Made by a program: the position numbers and the translations under genes
Part shown: positions 1 to 27,210 of the stretch, in pieces
Position numbering within the stretch: position 1 is the first letter of the stretch
Layout of the letters: every line of letters starts with the position of its first letter
Source: Salpingoeca rosetta
Taxonomy: Eukaryota > Protista > Choanoflagellata
Direction: 5' to 3'
NCBI GenBank assembly: GCA_033442325.1
Contig: JAWQFM010000017.1
Location: forward strand, 803,639-867,638
Length of the DNA: 64,000 bases
The notes under the pieces: generated by a model
Seen by the model: the letters and a program-made list of their open reading frames with translations, nothing else
Database searches by the model: none
Told to the model about the DNA's origin: nothing

Positions 1-66
<66 letters not shown>

Positions 67-69
67 AAC
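1..69. repeat. (AAC)n microsatellite, intronic
   Basis: Direct reading. Confidence 0.95.
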
Positions 70-129
70 CATGCCCACGCCCGCCCAACCCCCTCACGGT
101 CTCGGCATCCAACCACCCATCCCCTCCAG

Positions 130-3100
130 GTGCACATGGGCATCAAGGGCGCTGTCACAGACGCAGCGACAGGCCTGCCCATTGCTGGCGCGTCGGTCAC
201 AGTTGTTGACCGCGAGAACACGGTTGTCACGACAGCAGATGGCGTGTACTGGCGCCTCCTCCTCCCGGGCTCATATGTGGTGGTGGTCACCGCAAACGGG
301 TACCGCGGCCAGCGCGTGCAGGTGTCTGTGCCGCCAAATGCAAACAACAAGCCGCCGCAGGCACAGCTTGTCAATGTGCAGCTTCACCCCGAAGGTGACG
401 ACGACGACACCAGCGGTGGCACTGACGACGATGGTGGTGATGATGACGATGCGGGGGTGATTGACCTGTCGACGGAAACCATCAATGCGCAGCTGCGCGA
501 TCTCGTGGACATTTCCCCGCACAACGTGCGTGTGTTTGAACTTCCCGGCGCAACGGTGCAGGGCACGGCCATCAAAGGCGTTGCGATTGGCAACAACATC
601 AACAGCGACGAGGCGATGACACAGCGCCCAAAGGTCGGCCTGTTTGCTGGCGTGCACGCAAACGAGGCGGGCGGCACGCACATGCTGCTGCAGTTTGCGC
701 AGAAGCTGCTGACAACGACGCAGGACACAGCTGTGTCTGCGCTGCTGCAGAGCGTGGTGGTGGAGATTGTGCCGCGGGTCAACCACGACGCCTTTGGTAA
801 CGCGGGGTACGGCGACTGCTTTGGCGATGATGGCGCTCTCAACGCGAACGGTGTTGATCTCCTCTACGACATCTCTGCAGCGTGGGCGAACAAGGCCAGC
901 CACGGTGCTGGCGATGGTGACGACGATGCTGGTGATAATGGTGGCGTTGATGGCATGCAGCCCGAGACGCTGGCGCTGCTGCGGTGGGTGGAGCAAGAGC
1001 GTTTTGCGCTCACGGCGTACTTTGGCGCGGGGCAGTACGGCGTGACGTGGCCCTTCACGGGCCCTCCGCGTGACAACGGCGACCGGAACCCGGCGCCGGA
1101 GGAGGCGCTCTTGCGCAATATTGCGGACAAGTTTGCGGCGGAGTTTGCGTCCTTTTCTCCGACGCTCGTGCCCATGGCACGTGGGTTCACGTGCGCCCAA
1201 ACAGATCCAAAGGACAGGTTTACTGAGGTTCGTTTGCACATTGCGTGCACGTCGGGCGTGTGGTGGTGGTGATGGCGGTGCAGTGTGATGGTAGCGGTGT
1301 GGGTGGATTCTGGCTGCAAGCAACGTGTTGTGCTTTTCCATAGATCTTGCTCCTCCACTGCCAGCCCCCTTGACACACACGCTCACAGACTCTCTCACTT
1401 CGAGCGCACACTCACACACTCACTCTCTCACTACAACCGCACTCTCACACATACACACATGATTCACTGACACTCGCACACCCGCACAGGACGACGAGCG
1501 CCCCGTGATCAGCGGCGGGAGCATGAACGGTTACGAGCTGTACTCGTCCACACACGAGGTCGACCCCTCCATCAACTTCTTTGGCGACGCCGTGTACACG
1601 CGACTCGGCACGCTCCACTTTGACGTGTACCTCGGGTGCTGTCTGTACCCGACCGCAGGTGAGATGGAGGACATTGCGGACGCGGGCTTCAATCCCACGC
1701 GCGATCTCGCCCTCGCTGCCCGCACAGCGCTCATGGGCCGCGTTGTTGTCAAGTCTGTCATTGTCGGTGGACCCACGGTTCCCATCGCAGATGCGACGGT
1801 GACGCTGATGCCGGCCGATGGCAGCAACACGCGTCCAACGGCGACAACAGCTGCTGACGGGCGCTTCGTGCGCCTGCTCGCCCCCGGCGCCTACACCGTG
1901 CGTGTGTCTGCCAGTGGATATGAGCCACAGTCGCAACTGCTCGACATCACGGCTTCCTCAAGCGCCAGCTACACCTTTGAGCTTTCCCCGGCCGTCAACC
2001 CAGTACCCGTGTCCACCTCCTCATCATCACCATCATCGTCGTCGTCGTCGTCGTCGTCGTCATCGTCGTCGTCGTCATCCACTCCAACAGGCAGCAGCGC
2101 TCCCCCCTCCACCACCACAACAGACGCATCCACCTCGGAGCTGGTGGTGCCGGCAACGCGGCCCCAGACACCGTCCGGGTTTTCGCTCGTGTTTGAAGGG
2201 CGCGCGCCGTTCAACAGTGGACCCGCGCTCCGCTTCACGTCCGCATTTGAGTCACCGGCGCGTATTGGCGACATCGCCGTTGTGGACGACGTGGACGCGT
2301 GCGCAGAGGAGTGCATTGCGCAATCGCTCTGCCGCGGGTTTGTTGCGTACATGCAGTCTGGACAGATGCACTGCGCCGTGCTGTCGGACCTTGGGAGCGA
2401 GGGCGGTGTGTCGACGTCGCTGTTTGCGCTCTCGTATCGCCGTCTTGCCGACGGTGAAACAACACCAGTGTCGTCGCACACACACACGAGCACAGCGGCA
2501 ACAGCAGGAGGAGGCGGCGCAACAACAACAACGACGACAACAACAAGGACAACGACGACACCGACAACAGAAAAGGAATCGACTCGCCCGCCGCCGCAGA
2601 GCTTCGACACGTCCGTGCACCCCGTCTCCACGACGACGACGACAACAGTGCCGGTGACGGCGCCACCGCCGCACTCCACAACAACAACGCGGAAGCAGCA
2701 CGTGACACCGGGCGCAGACGCAACGACAACGACGGTGGACAGCATCAGCAACGAGGAGCTACCCAGCTTGGACGACCTCAACTGCCCCCTCACCCTCGAC
2801 TTTGAGTGCGTTGCGGAAGAGAAGAGAAGAGAAGAGAAGGGGAGAGAAGAGAAGAGAAGAGAAGGGGAGAGAAGAGAAGAGGGGAAGGGGTAGCTTTCTT
2901 TCTTTGTGTGTGTATTTTGTTTGTCTGTGTGTGTGTGTGTTGTTTTGTTTCTCTGTATTTGGTTGGTTGGTTGGTTGGTCCATTGCCCATCACACACCCA
3001 AATTTGCTCATCGCTATTCTTCTCTTCCGCAGCCACCACGACGAGCAGCAAGTCCGCGAGTTCTTTGCATCTGCTGTCTCCCATTTCCCGCACCTCGCTG

Positions 3101-3959
3101 CAGCCTCAACCATCGGTCAGTATCACGGACAGAGCGTGTGTGTGTGTGCGTGTGTCTGTGTGTGTGCGTGTGTCTGTGTGTATGTGCGTCGCTTGTCCAA
3201 CTGCATTTCTCTGAGCCGTGTGCCTGTGCTGCCCACCTGCTTGCTTCTTTCTTTGACGCTTGTGCTTCTCCCTCCTCCACCTTGCGTGGTTTTTGATGTG
3301 GTCACGGCTCTGTTTTCCACTTCAGGCAAATCGGAGGAGCGACGTGACGTGTGGGCGCTGCAGGTTGGTGATCACATGCACACCCGCAATCATGGTTCCA
3401 CCATGATGCCTCGTAACTCGGTCAACGCCTGCTATTTGCCATTCTATGTTTCAACAGGCTTTACCACTTGCACTCGCATTCCCACTCACTCACTCACTCA
3501 CGCATTGACGGCTGCCTTAACATGTGCGCCATTCTCACTGGCGTGTCCATGCAGATCACGGACAATCCCTCCGAGATTGAAGCAGGCGAGCCGTTTATGT
3601 ACTACGTGGGCAACATTCACGGGAACGAGGTACCGTGACATTGTCTGTGGCTTGTGATGCCGTGTCAACCGTGAGGCTTGTGGCGATGGCACGTGTGCAT
3701 GCATACACTCTCACACACATACATGTACTTTGAATTACCAAATCACTCAATCAATCAATCAATCAATCACGCACACATTTACACACTCCGCCCACCGAAC
3801 TCACGCACACCCACGTCGCAGGTGGTTGGGCGGGAGTCACTGCTGCATTTCGTGCGGTTGCTGCTGTGCGGATATGAGAGCAGCAATCGCATTGCTCGCC
3901 TCGTCGACAACACCCACCTCTACGTTGTCCCGTCCATCAACCCAGGTAACATGCGCGCT

Positions 3960-3995
<36 letters not shown>

Positions 3996-4786
3996 TGTTC
4001 GTCTGTGCTCTGCTCTTTGTCTGATTATTTCAACTACCTCTTCACCTACTCCTGTGCGTATGTTTCCCGCATATTCTATTCCCTTGCGCTTGTGTGCAGA
4101 TGGATATGCCCGCGCCGCTGCAAATCCCTCCCGCAGCCACTGCACGCAATCGTGAGTGGCGAACACATCCCTGGCACATACTGCCCTGCTAGTTCAGCCC
4201 ATTAGCTTTCCAATGGTTGTGTTTCTCACACTCGCTCGCACTCTCATTCGCTCACTCAATCAATCAATGGCTCATTTGCTCACTTGTCCTGCTGGTTCAC
4301 CAACGTGCTGCCCGCCCCTCTAACTTCAGCTTTGACGGCGGTGTTGAGGGGCGCAACAACGCCAACGACTTTGATCTGAACCGAAACTTTCCGGACCAGT
4401 ACAAAGGCCAGATCACGCCCCTGCAACAGGAAACAAAGGTGCATCACCTGTTGTGATGTGTGTGTGTGTTGTGTGCGTGTGTGTGTGTGTGTGCATGTGT
4501 GTGCGTGTGTGTGTGCGTGCGTGTGTGTAATTTTCAGAGACAAGCAACCGCCGTAGTTATGTTCTGCGACCATGCCACACATCCTCTCATCCCAACGTGT
4601 GCACACGCATGCGACCCCCCCCCCGGCAAAACAATTGCTCACTATGATGTGCTTGTTTTGCTGCAGGTGATGATGTCGTTTGTGCAGCACCGGCCCTTCG
4701 CCCTCTCCGCCAGCCTGCACGGCGGCTCCCTCGTCGCCAGCTACCCCTTTGACGGAACGCCAAAGAAGTGCGGCAAAGTCACTTGC

Positions 4787-4849
<63 letters not shown>

Positions 4850-5241
4850 TGTGTGTGTGTGTGTGTGTGGGTGTGGGTGTGGGTGTGGGTGAGTGTGTGT
4901 GTGTGTGTATGTGTGTGTGTGTGTGAGTGTGTGTGTGTGTGAGTGAGTGACACCACCACAAGTTATTGCTGGTCCATTGACTCCCTCTCCCTGTCTCACC
5001 TCACATCGCCACCACCACTGCCACGTTGATGCCATCAGCCATTACGGGGTGTCGCGGTCCCCGGATGACGCGACGTTCAAGCGGTTGGCCAAGGTCTACT
5101 CCACCAACCACCGCAAGATGAGCACCACGCCAGTGAGTAGCAGAAATTGGATGTGTTTGCGCACATGTCTCTGTGTGTCTCCGTGTGTGCGTATATGTGC
5201 GTTCTGTCTGTCTGTCTATATATCTATCTGTCTGTCTGCCC

Positions 5242-5273
<32 letters not shown>

Positions 5274-7142
5274 GTCTGTCTGCCAGTGTGTGTGTCCGTG
5301 TCTGTGTGCAACTTTACAGCTGTGTCGCTAGCTTTGTCCTGACTGACTCGCGTACTCCTTTCCCTGTTGTCTGCAGTGCCGGCCTACGGACTATTTCAAG
5401 GACGGTATCACCAACGGCGCTGATTGGTACCCGCTGTACGGCGGATTGCAGGTGCGGGGGGCTGCTGTGCACACATGATGGCGCACATGCACATGCTGTC
5501 ACCATAGCACACCTGGCGTGTGTGCTTGCGTATGCATGAGTTGTTCACTGTCTGGGACATACACGCACACAACACACAACTAAACACAGCACACACTGTG
5601 CTCACCTCATTCATCCAACACACCACCGATGTAACCAACTCGTGTCCTTGCAACGGCTGCAGGACTGGACGTATCTGCACTCGAACAACATGGAGGTGAC
5701 GATGGAGCTGTCGTGCTGTAAATTCCCGCAGGCAAACGACCTCAAGCCGTTCTGGCTCGACAACAAGATGGCCCTCTTCGCATACGCTGAACACGTGCGT
5801 GGTGGACTGAGGTGGCTTGTAATTTGGCTTTGTGTGGTGAATGTGTGTGGGGGGGTGAGAGTGTGCATGTGTGTGTGTGTGTGTGGGGGGGGGTGAGAGT
5901 GTGTGTGTGAGTGAGTGTGTGTTGATCGCACGTACGACTATGAATGCTTTCATGTCGCTTCAGTCTGACACCAGATCTATGCCTTGTGTATTCCTCGCTT
6001 TTACACCGTTGCCACCACCGCCGTCTTGCTGCTGCCTTCCGTGTCCATCCCCAGGTGCACACGGGCGTGAAAGGTTTCGTGCGTGACGCGAAATCGAGCG
6101 ACCCGCTGCCAAATGTACTGATCACCGTCAGGGGAAACTCAAAGACAGGTGCGTGGCGGGCGTGGATGGGGCACGGGAGCCGGTGACGTGCTGCATGAGT
6201 GTTTTGTGCATGTGTGTGCATATGCATGTGTGTCTGTGTGTGTGTGTGTGTGTGCATGTGTGTGTGTGTGTGTGTACATGTGTGTGTGTACATGTGTGTG
6301 TGTGTGTGTGTATACATGTGTGTATACATGTGTGTATGTGTCTGTGTCTTTGATCGTATGCCATGCATGTGGGTCCCCGTTGCTCTCAATCAAGTCCTTA
6401 CACACGAATGCATACAAACGCACACAACACCCGTACAATCGTGCCACTTGCACATCACACCAACCAATGCGCCCTGCAGTTGTGTCCTCGTACCATGGTG
6501 CGTACTGGCGACTGCTGTCCCCGGGCACGTACAGCATCACCGCCTCTGCCCCCGGATATCAACACCAGACCAAAGCCGTGACTGTCAAGTGAGTCGCCTG
6601 CTCAACGTCACGTGTGTTTCTGTCAGGGTTGCTAGAGAGCTGACATGCGTTTGAGCCGTCACTGTTTCGTATGTCTGCTTGTCTGTGTGTATGCTTGTCT
6701 GTGTGTATGCTTGTCTCCTTGTCTGCTTGTATGCTTGTCTGCTTGTTTGCTTGTCTGCCTTTGGGTATGTGTTCGTTCACACATTCGCAAACTACTTGCC
6801 ACTAACACACACGCCAATCCCAATCCCCCTCCCTTCGCCTGCTGTGTCCGTGGTGTCGCAATCAGCTCCTTTGCTGCGTTCTCTGCCGTGATTCTGGACT
6901 TTCAACTCGATCGCGCGTCCGATTACGACGCGTTCAAGCACCACTACGTGCGTGTGCACAACTACGATGACATTCAAGCGGCGGAGTGGTCCGACGCCGC
7001 CGCTGCAGAGGACACCGGTTACAACCTGTCAAACAACGTCAAAGTTGGCATTGCCGTCACCTTTGTACGTTCAACATGCAAGGCGGTGGTGTGTGTGTCT
7101 GTGTGTGTGTGTGTGTGTGTGCGTGTGTGTGTGGGGGGGGGG

Positions 7143-7199
<57 letters not shown>

Positions 7200-7777
7200 T
7201 GCGTGTGTCGCATCTGTGAATAGTTTCACGTGTCTTGTGTGTGCGATGCTCTGTCCTTGATGGGACTCGTGCTGAACAAACCTCAATGCTTGCCTGCGCT
7301 GCCCCCTCCTCTCCAACATGACAGGCCCTTGTGTTTGGGCTGCTGCTGTTTGTTGCTGCGCGACGGCTGAAGCGACGCTGGCACTCGTACTCTGCCGTGA
7401 AGAACGCAGCTCCAGCAACAAAGGTGTGTTTGGGTGTGGGTGTGGGTGTGGGTGTGGGTGGGTGTGGGTGTGGGTGTGTGTGTGGGTGTGGGTGCATGAG
7501 TGTATGTGTATCCATTCATGTTTGTGCATGTCAGTGCGTGCGCGTGCATGTCAGTGCGTGCGCGTGCATGCACCTATACGCCTGTCGTTAACACAACCCA
7601 TGTCAAGCATTTCAACAAACAAGCTCACAACGCAACCCCCAACCCAACCAACCCACCACTGCCACCACTGCCACTTGTTGCGGTGCACAGGTCCGCTTCA
7701 GCCGCTTGACGGCGGAGGACAACACGTTTCTGATCAGCGATTCAGATGACAGCGAAGACGATGCTTTTGTCGTTTAG
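130..7777 (+). CDS. CPD: Carboxypeptidase D-like multi-domain M14B metallocarboxypeptidase, type I membrane protein; multi-exon, 5' end lies outside the window
   Basis: Spliced exons give: transthyretin-like (TTR) domain ([12 protein letters not shown]), degenerate CP domain (GVHANE), TTR domain, Ser/Thr linkers around a PAN-like module, intact CP domain ([72 protein letters not shown]), TTR domain, TM helix ([19 protein letters not shown]) and acidic tail. Stop TAG at 7775-7777. Confidence 0.92.
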
Positions 7778-8260
7778 ATCCATTCGATGCCATGCGACAA
7801 GATGCCATCGCGCTGCTGTCGTGTGATGTATTGTGATGTGTTGTGATGTGTTGACATGCCAACAAGGCACCTCCCTTTCCCCTGCCCAACCTGTTCCCCA
7901 CCCCCTTCTTTGCTTTTGAGAGCTGACATGAATGTAGCTTACTTCCTGGCATGTTTCGTGCCATTCGTGCCGTGTACAAAACGTTAGGCGCTTGTGTTTC
8001 TTTTTGTTCTGTTGTCACAAAGCGCGTGTTTCAATGCATGAAGCTTCGTATCCAGCGCAGCGTTTACATGCAGGCAGCGAACATGGCAAGCAAGGCGTAA
8101 CAAGAAGGGAAGGTACGCGATAAAAGAAATGAGCACCAGCAAGATGGGCACCAGCAAGATGAACAAGAACAACGGCGTGCACAAAACGGTTGCCATACCA
8201 TGTGGGCGTGAAGCATGGGCACACGTTGACGTCAACAGCAGGAAGCAGCGCAGATGGCTG

Positions 8261-16680
<8,420 letters not shown>

Positions 16681-17564
16681 CGCTGACGACAGTGGCGTTG
16701 AAGGTCGCACAATCGCAACACAAACGCAGCTGTCCTCCTCCTGCAAGCGGTTATGGGAAAATTATGTTGAATCATTCATCATTTTTCCACATTGCCTTGG
16801 TGTCAGCCAAAGAAGTTTTGGTGGGTGGCAACAACAACAACAACGACCCAACACAACGAACACCCTTCTGTCTTCTTGTTGTTGTTTGTGTGTTGCTTGT
16901 CGTTATGCTTTGATTGATTGCAGCTGCTCCCCTTGCCCCCACCCCACGCCCTCACCACTCACTTACCCTTGTTTTGCGGCACACAGTTCGTTGCAGTGGC
17001 CAGTTCGCTCAGCAACAGACAAACAGAGATCAGCTGATCCATACTACTCGCCGAGAGCCTCAGGTGAGCGAGCGAGCAGCAGCTGTCCTTGCGTGTTTGA
17101 GCCTACCGCTCCTCGCTGGCTGGCTTCTTCCACTTTGTCCTGTTGTTGATTATTGAGTTGCGTCGACAGTTGTTGTTCTTGTTGCTCTCACTTCCTTCCT
17201 ACCTTGCTTGTGTTGCTCGCTGCTGACACCGCCCCTCTCTCTTTTTGGATTGCCATGTCAGGTGATCGATCCCTTGCTGCTGCTGCTGGTGTTCCATCAC
17301 TTCTTGCTATCTGCTGCTTGTTCGTTTTGGTCGTGATTGTCTTTGTTTTCTGCGTGATGTGTGATGGAGGTGATTTCAGCAGTGGGCGTTCCTGCGACAC
17401 CATTCTCTGCCTCTGCGCATGCCTGTGTCTGTGTCTGTGTCTGTATCTGAGTGTGTGTGTGTGTGTGTTGTTGTCACCAAGCTGCACTGCAGTTTCATTT
17501 GTTTTGGTGTTGAAGATCGACGCACTCACTCCCCTATCTGCCAACCCTTCTTCTGTCACACGCC

Positions 17565-23219
<5,655 letters not shown>

Positions 23220-23262
23220 GCGCCACCAAGCAAGCAAGACCTGCTCTCTCTCTCTCTCTCTC

Positions 23263-24072
23263 NNNNNNNNNNNNNNNNNNNNNNNNNNNNNNNNNNNNNN
23301 NNNNNNNNNNNNNNNNNNNNNNNNNNNNNNNNNNNNNNNNNNNNNNNNNNNNNNNNNNNNNNNNNNNNNNNNNNNNNNNNNNNNNNNNNNNNNNNNNNNN
23401 NNNNNNNNNNNNNNNNNNNNNNNNNNNNNNNNNNNNNNNNNNNNNNNNNNNNNNNNNNNNNNNNNNNNNNNNNNNNNNNNNNNNNNNNNNNNNNNNNNNN
23501 NNNNNNNNNNNNNNNNNNNNNNNNNNNNNNNNNNNNNNNNNNNNNNNNNNNNNNNNNNNNNNNNNNNNNNNNNNNNNNNNNNNNNNNNNNNNNNNNNNNN
23601 NNNNNNNNNNNNNNNNNNNNNNNNNNNNNNNNNNNNNNNNNNNNNNNNNNNNNNNNNNNNNNNNNNNNNNNNNNNNNNNNNNNNNNNNNNNNNNNNNNNN
23701 NNNNNNNNNNNNNNNNNNNNNNNNNNNNNNNNNNNNNNNNNNNNNNNNNNNNNNNNNNNNNNNNNNNNNNNNNNNNNNNNNNNNNNNNNNNNNNNNNNNN
23801 NNNNNNNNNNNNNNNNNNNNNNNNNNNNNNNNNNNNNNNNNNNNNNNNNNNNNNNNNNNNNNNNNNNNNNNNNNNNNNNNNNNNNNNNNNNNNNNNNNNN
23901 NNNNNNNNNNNNNNNNNNNNNNNNNNNNNNNNNNNNNNNNNNNNNNNNNNNNNNNNNNNNNNNNNNNNNNNNNNNNNNNNNNNNNNNNNNNNNNNNNNNN
24001 NNNNNNNNNNNNNNNNNNNNNNNNNNNNNNNNNNNNNNNNNNNNNNNNNNNNNNNNNNNNNNNNNNNNNNNN
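23263..24072. other. Assembly gap (other gaps: 10590-10689, 31556-32181, 34432-34531)
   Basis: N runs. Confidence 1.
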
Positions 24073-24204
<132 letters not shown>

Positions 24205-24327
24205 TCCTCCTCTCGTCGCTGCCTTAAATCAACCCCACCAACCAACAGAACTCGTGCTGCCCTGTTTTGGGCGTCTTCACGCTTCTCTGTGCGCTGCTGC
24301 ACATCTTGTGTTATCATCGTTTGTTGC

Positions 24328-24366
<39 letters not shown>

Positions 24367-25372
24367 GTGGTTGTTTTGGTCTGTGGCGCCTGTACTGTTT
24401 TGGTTTTTTGTGTGCTACTCCTTTCCCTTCCCCTCCCCTCTCCTCTCTTATGTTGTTGGCACAAGCACCACCACCACCACCACCCTCTGCTTCCTGGCTC
24501 ACCCTTGTTGTTTTGACTCGTGTGTGAATGGGTCACATGCGCATGTCTGTGGAATGGTGAGACCTTCGCGCCAGTTTGAGGACACGCACGTGTTGTTCCC
24601 CCATGCATTCCTTGCTCGCTTGCTTGCCCGCCTTCCTTCCGTGTGTTTGCTGACTGGGTGCTTGTTATTGTCTCGTGTTGAGTCTCGTTTTGTTTGTTGG
24701 CTTTCGTCAGTGGTGCCACTCTTGTTGTTGCTTCTTCTCACCACCTCAGTTGCGCCTCATGTCCTGCATATCATTCCGTTCCTTCTTGTGTTCTTGTCGC
24801 TTTTTGTACGCCATCCCCACGATGCTTTGTGTGTGGCATTGTGTGATGAACATGAACCACGCCAGAAAAGCGGAAGGAGAAGGAAAAGTTGTTGAACGGT
24901 GTCGTTTACTCAAGTTGGAGCTGTTCATGATGATGGCGATGTGGAGCCCGATGAAATGAACTGGCCTTGCTTGCTTGCTTGTCCGAACCATAACACAACA
25001 CACACGCGCGCACAAGAGAGGGACTGATCAAAGTCGGGCAATACACAAGAACAACGGAGGAAGAAGGATCCACACGGATCCCGCCATTGAAAGACCAAGG
25101 TGCCAAGATGGAAAACCGCATCCACCCTCCACCACTTATGTTATTTCAAACACCCAAAGAGCTGGAAGAACAAGAAGAAGAAAGAGAACCAGGTATTAAG
25201 ATACATCAACCAACCAAAGAACGGCCACCTTGTGGCACATGCCTACGTCACGCTCACCGCCACCATCATCACACTCATCACCGCCACGGATTACAGCTCC
25301 TCCCTCCACCTCGCACGTGGCGCGTGCTTGTCCCTCTCCTTGCTTGCTTGCGTGTGCTCGCCTTGCTTCTGC

Positions 25373-26884
25373 TTACTTGCTGCCGTCGGACTTTCCCAGG
25401 GCGTTGGTGGCGTCGCGCTTCTTGATGTTCGCAAGCAGCGCCTGTCGGAGCGTGCTGCTGCTGATGGAGTGGCCGTACGCGCCGTCCTTCTCGTACATCT
25501 CGCCAATGTCAACGGCAAGACCCATGGTGGGCTGCTTGACGTAGTGCTTGTCATAGCACATCTTGCGGCAAATGACATCCACGCTCATGTAGCGCGGCAC
25601 GTACACGGGCAGGCCCATCTGCTCAAACACGGCGTAGTGCTTGTCGACGACGGCGCGCGTGCACACGCCCAGGATGAACGCCACCTCCGCGGTGATGCAC
25701 ATGCCGACGGCAATGGCCTCGCCGTGCAGCAGGGCGCAGTCCGACTCTGGCATGTGCAGGGAGAGAAACTCGACGGCGTGGCCGATGGCGTGGCCGTACT
25801 GCGGCAGCATCTCGTTGTAGTCGTTGGCAGTGTCACCGGAGAGGGTGGGCACCTTGTGGGCGATGGTCATGCGGATGATGTGCTCGAGGTAGGCGACGAG
25901 CTGGTCCTTGTCGTCGAGCATGTGGCGGTTCTGCAGCACGTAGTCCAGCATGTCCTGGGACTGCGTGATGGCGTGCTTGATGGACTCGCTGATGCCGTTG
26001 AGGAGGTGGCGGCGGCTGAGCGTCTGCAGGAGCTCCGGGTCCAGGATGATGGTGGTGGCTGGGTGATAGGCGCCCAGCAGGTTCTTGCCCTTGTGGTGGT
26101 TGACGGCCTGCTTGAAGTCGATGGCTGCGTCCACCTGGCCCATGGTGGTGGTGGAGAAGTGGACCAGGGTGATGCCGCGGTAGAGGGAGGCGGCGATGAA
26201 GCCGGCAATGTTGTTGACCACGCCCCCGCCCAGGGAGATGATGGCGCTGCGCTTGTCGATGCCGCGCTCCAGAATCTGGTCCACGCAGTCCGAGAACACC
26301 TTGAGGGTCTTGTGGCGCTCGGCAGAGGACTCGCCAGTCTCGTCCAGGGCATCGGCCGGGACGACAATCTTGTGGATGTCCAGGCCGGCGCTGCGCAGCC
26401 CGGACAGGATGCGCTCACCAAACAGCTCGTCGACGATTGTGTCGGTGATAATGTAATTGGTGGAGTCGTGGCAAATGGAGGGCATGACTTCCTTTCCGCA
26501 CTCGGCGAGGCGGCGGGTGATGCCGCGCTCCACGATGATCTCCGACTGCATCAGCTTGACGCGGTGGAAGCAGTTCTCGTAGCGCCTTGGTCCGTGCTGG
26601 CCGTTGGGCGCGGTGATGACGCCGGTGGGCAGGGAGAGGTCCCCGTCGTCCTCGGCCTGGCCTGATGAGTTGGAGCGCAGCTCGTCATCATCTTCGCTGC
26701 TGGCGCTGCTGGTGGCCGAGTCACATCGCGTTTTGCTGTGTGTGTCAGTGCATGAGCAAGCAATGTTTAGAGAGGTGGGGTGGGTGGTAGGTCAGGGGTG
26801 AGTCAGTGATGACACTGGAGAGAAAAACGAAGGGGAAAGAAGAAGGAATAGAAGGGGGGGGGGCATCAAGGCACACGAACTAGC

Positions 26885-26961
<77 letters not shown>

Positions 26962-27210
26962 GCATGCACAAGCAACCAATCACACACATACACACACACA
27001 CACAAGCAACCAACCAACCAACCACGCGCACAACATGCATGCGAGCAAGCACGCGAGGCAGCAACTGCGTGCTCACCTGCGAATAAAGGCCTTCTCGTCC
27101 TCGAGGGCGCGGAGATGCATGTCCTTGAGTTGACGGTCGGCATCCTTGATTTGGTCCTGATACTGCTCCTGGCGAGTCTGCTCAGTCGTGGCGTCCTCAA
27201 ACTTGGTCAT
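25373..27210 (-). CDS. Sugar-phosphate cyclase (dehydroquinate synthase superfamily), most like 2-deoxy-scyllo-inosose synthase (BtrC/DOIS); exons 27210-27077 and 26735-25373, about 498 aa
   Basis: In-frame GT-AG splice. Motifs GGGVVNNIAG, RGITLVHFSTT, DAAIDFKQAVN, GKNLLG, ESIKH, QYGHAIGHAVE, LLHGEAIAVGM. Superfamily is secure; the subfamily call is less so. Confidence 0.85.

Noticed and set aside
25100-26665. 521-aa plus-strand ORF
   Set aside because: Antisense shadow of the GC3-rich cyclase exon; no recognisable motifs.
25373-27210. Gadusol/mycosporine (EEVS/DDGS) or aminoglycoside gene cluster
   Set aside because: Motifs do not match EEVS or DDGS. No O-methyltransferase, MT-Ox, ATP-grasp, aminotransferase or glycosyltransferase gene is in the window.
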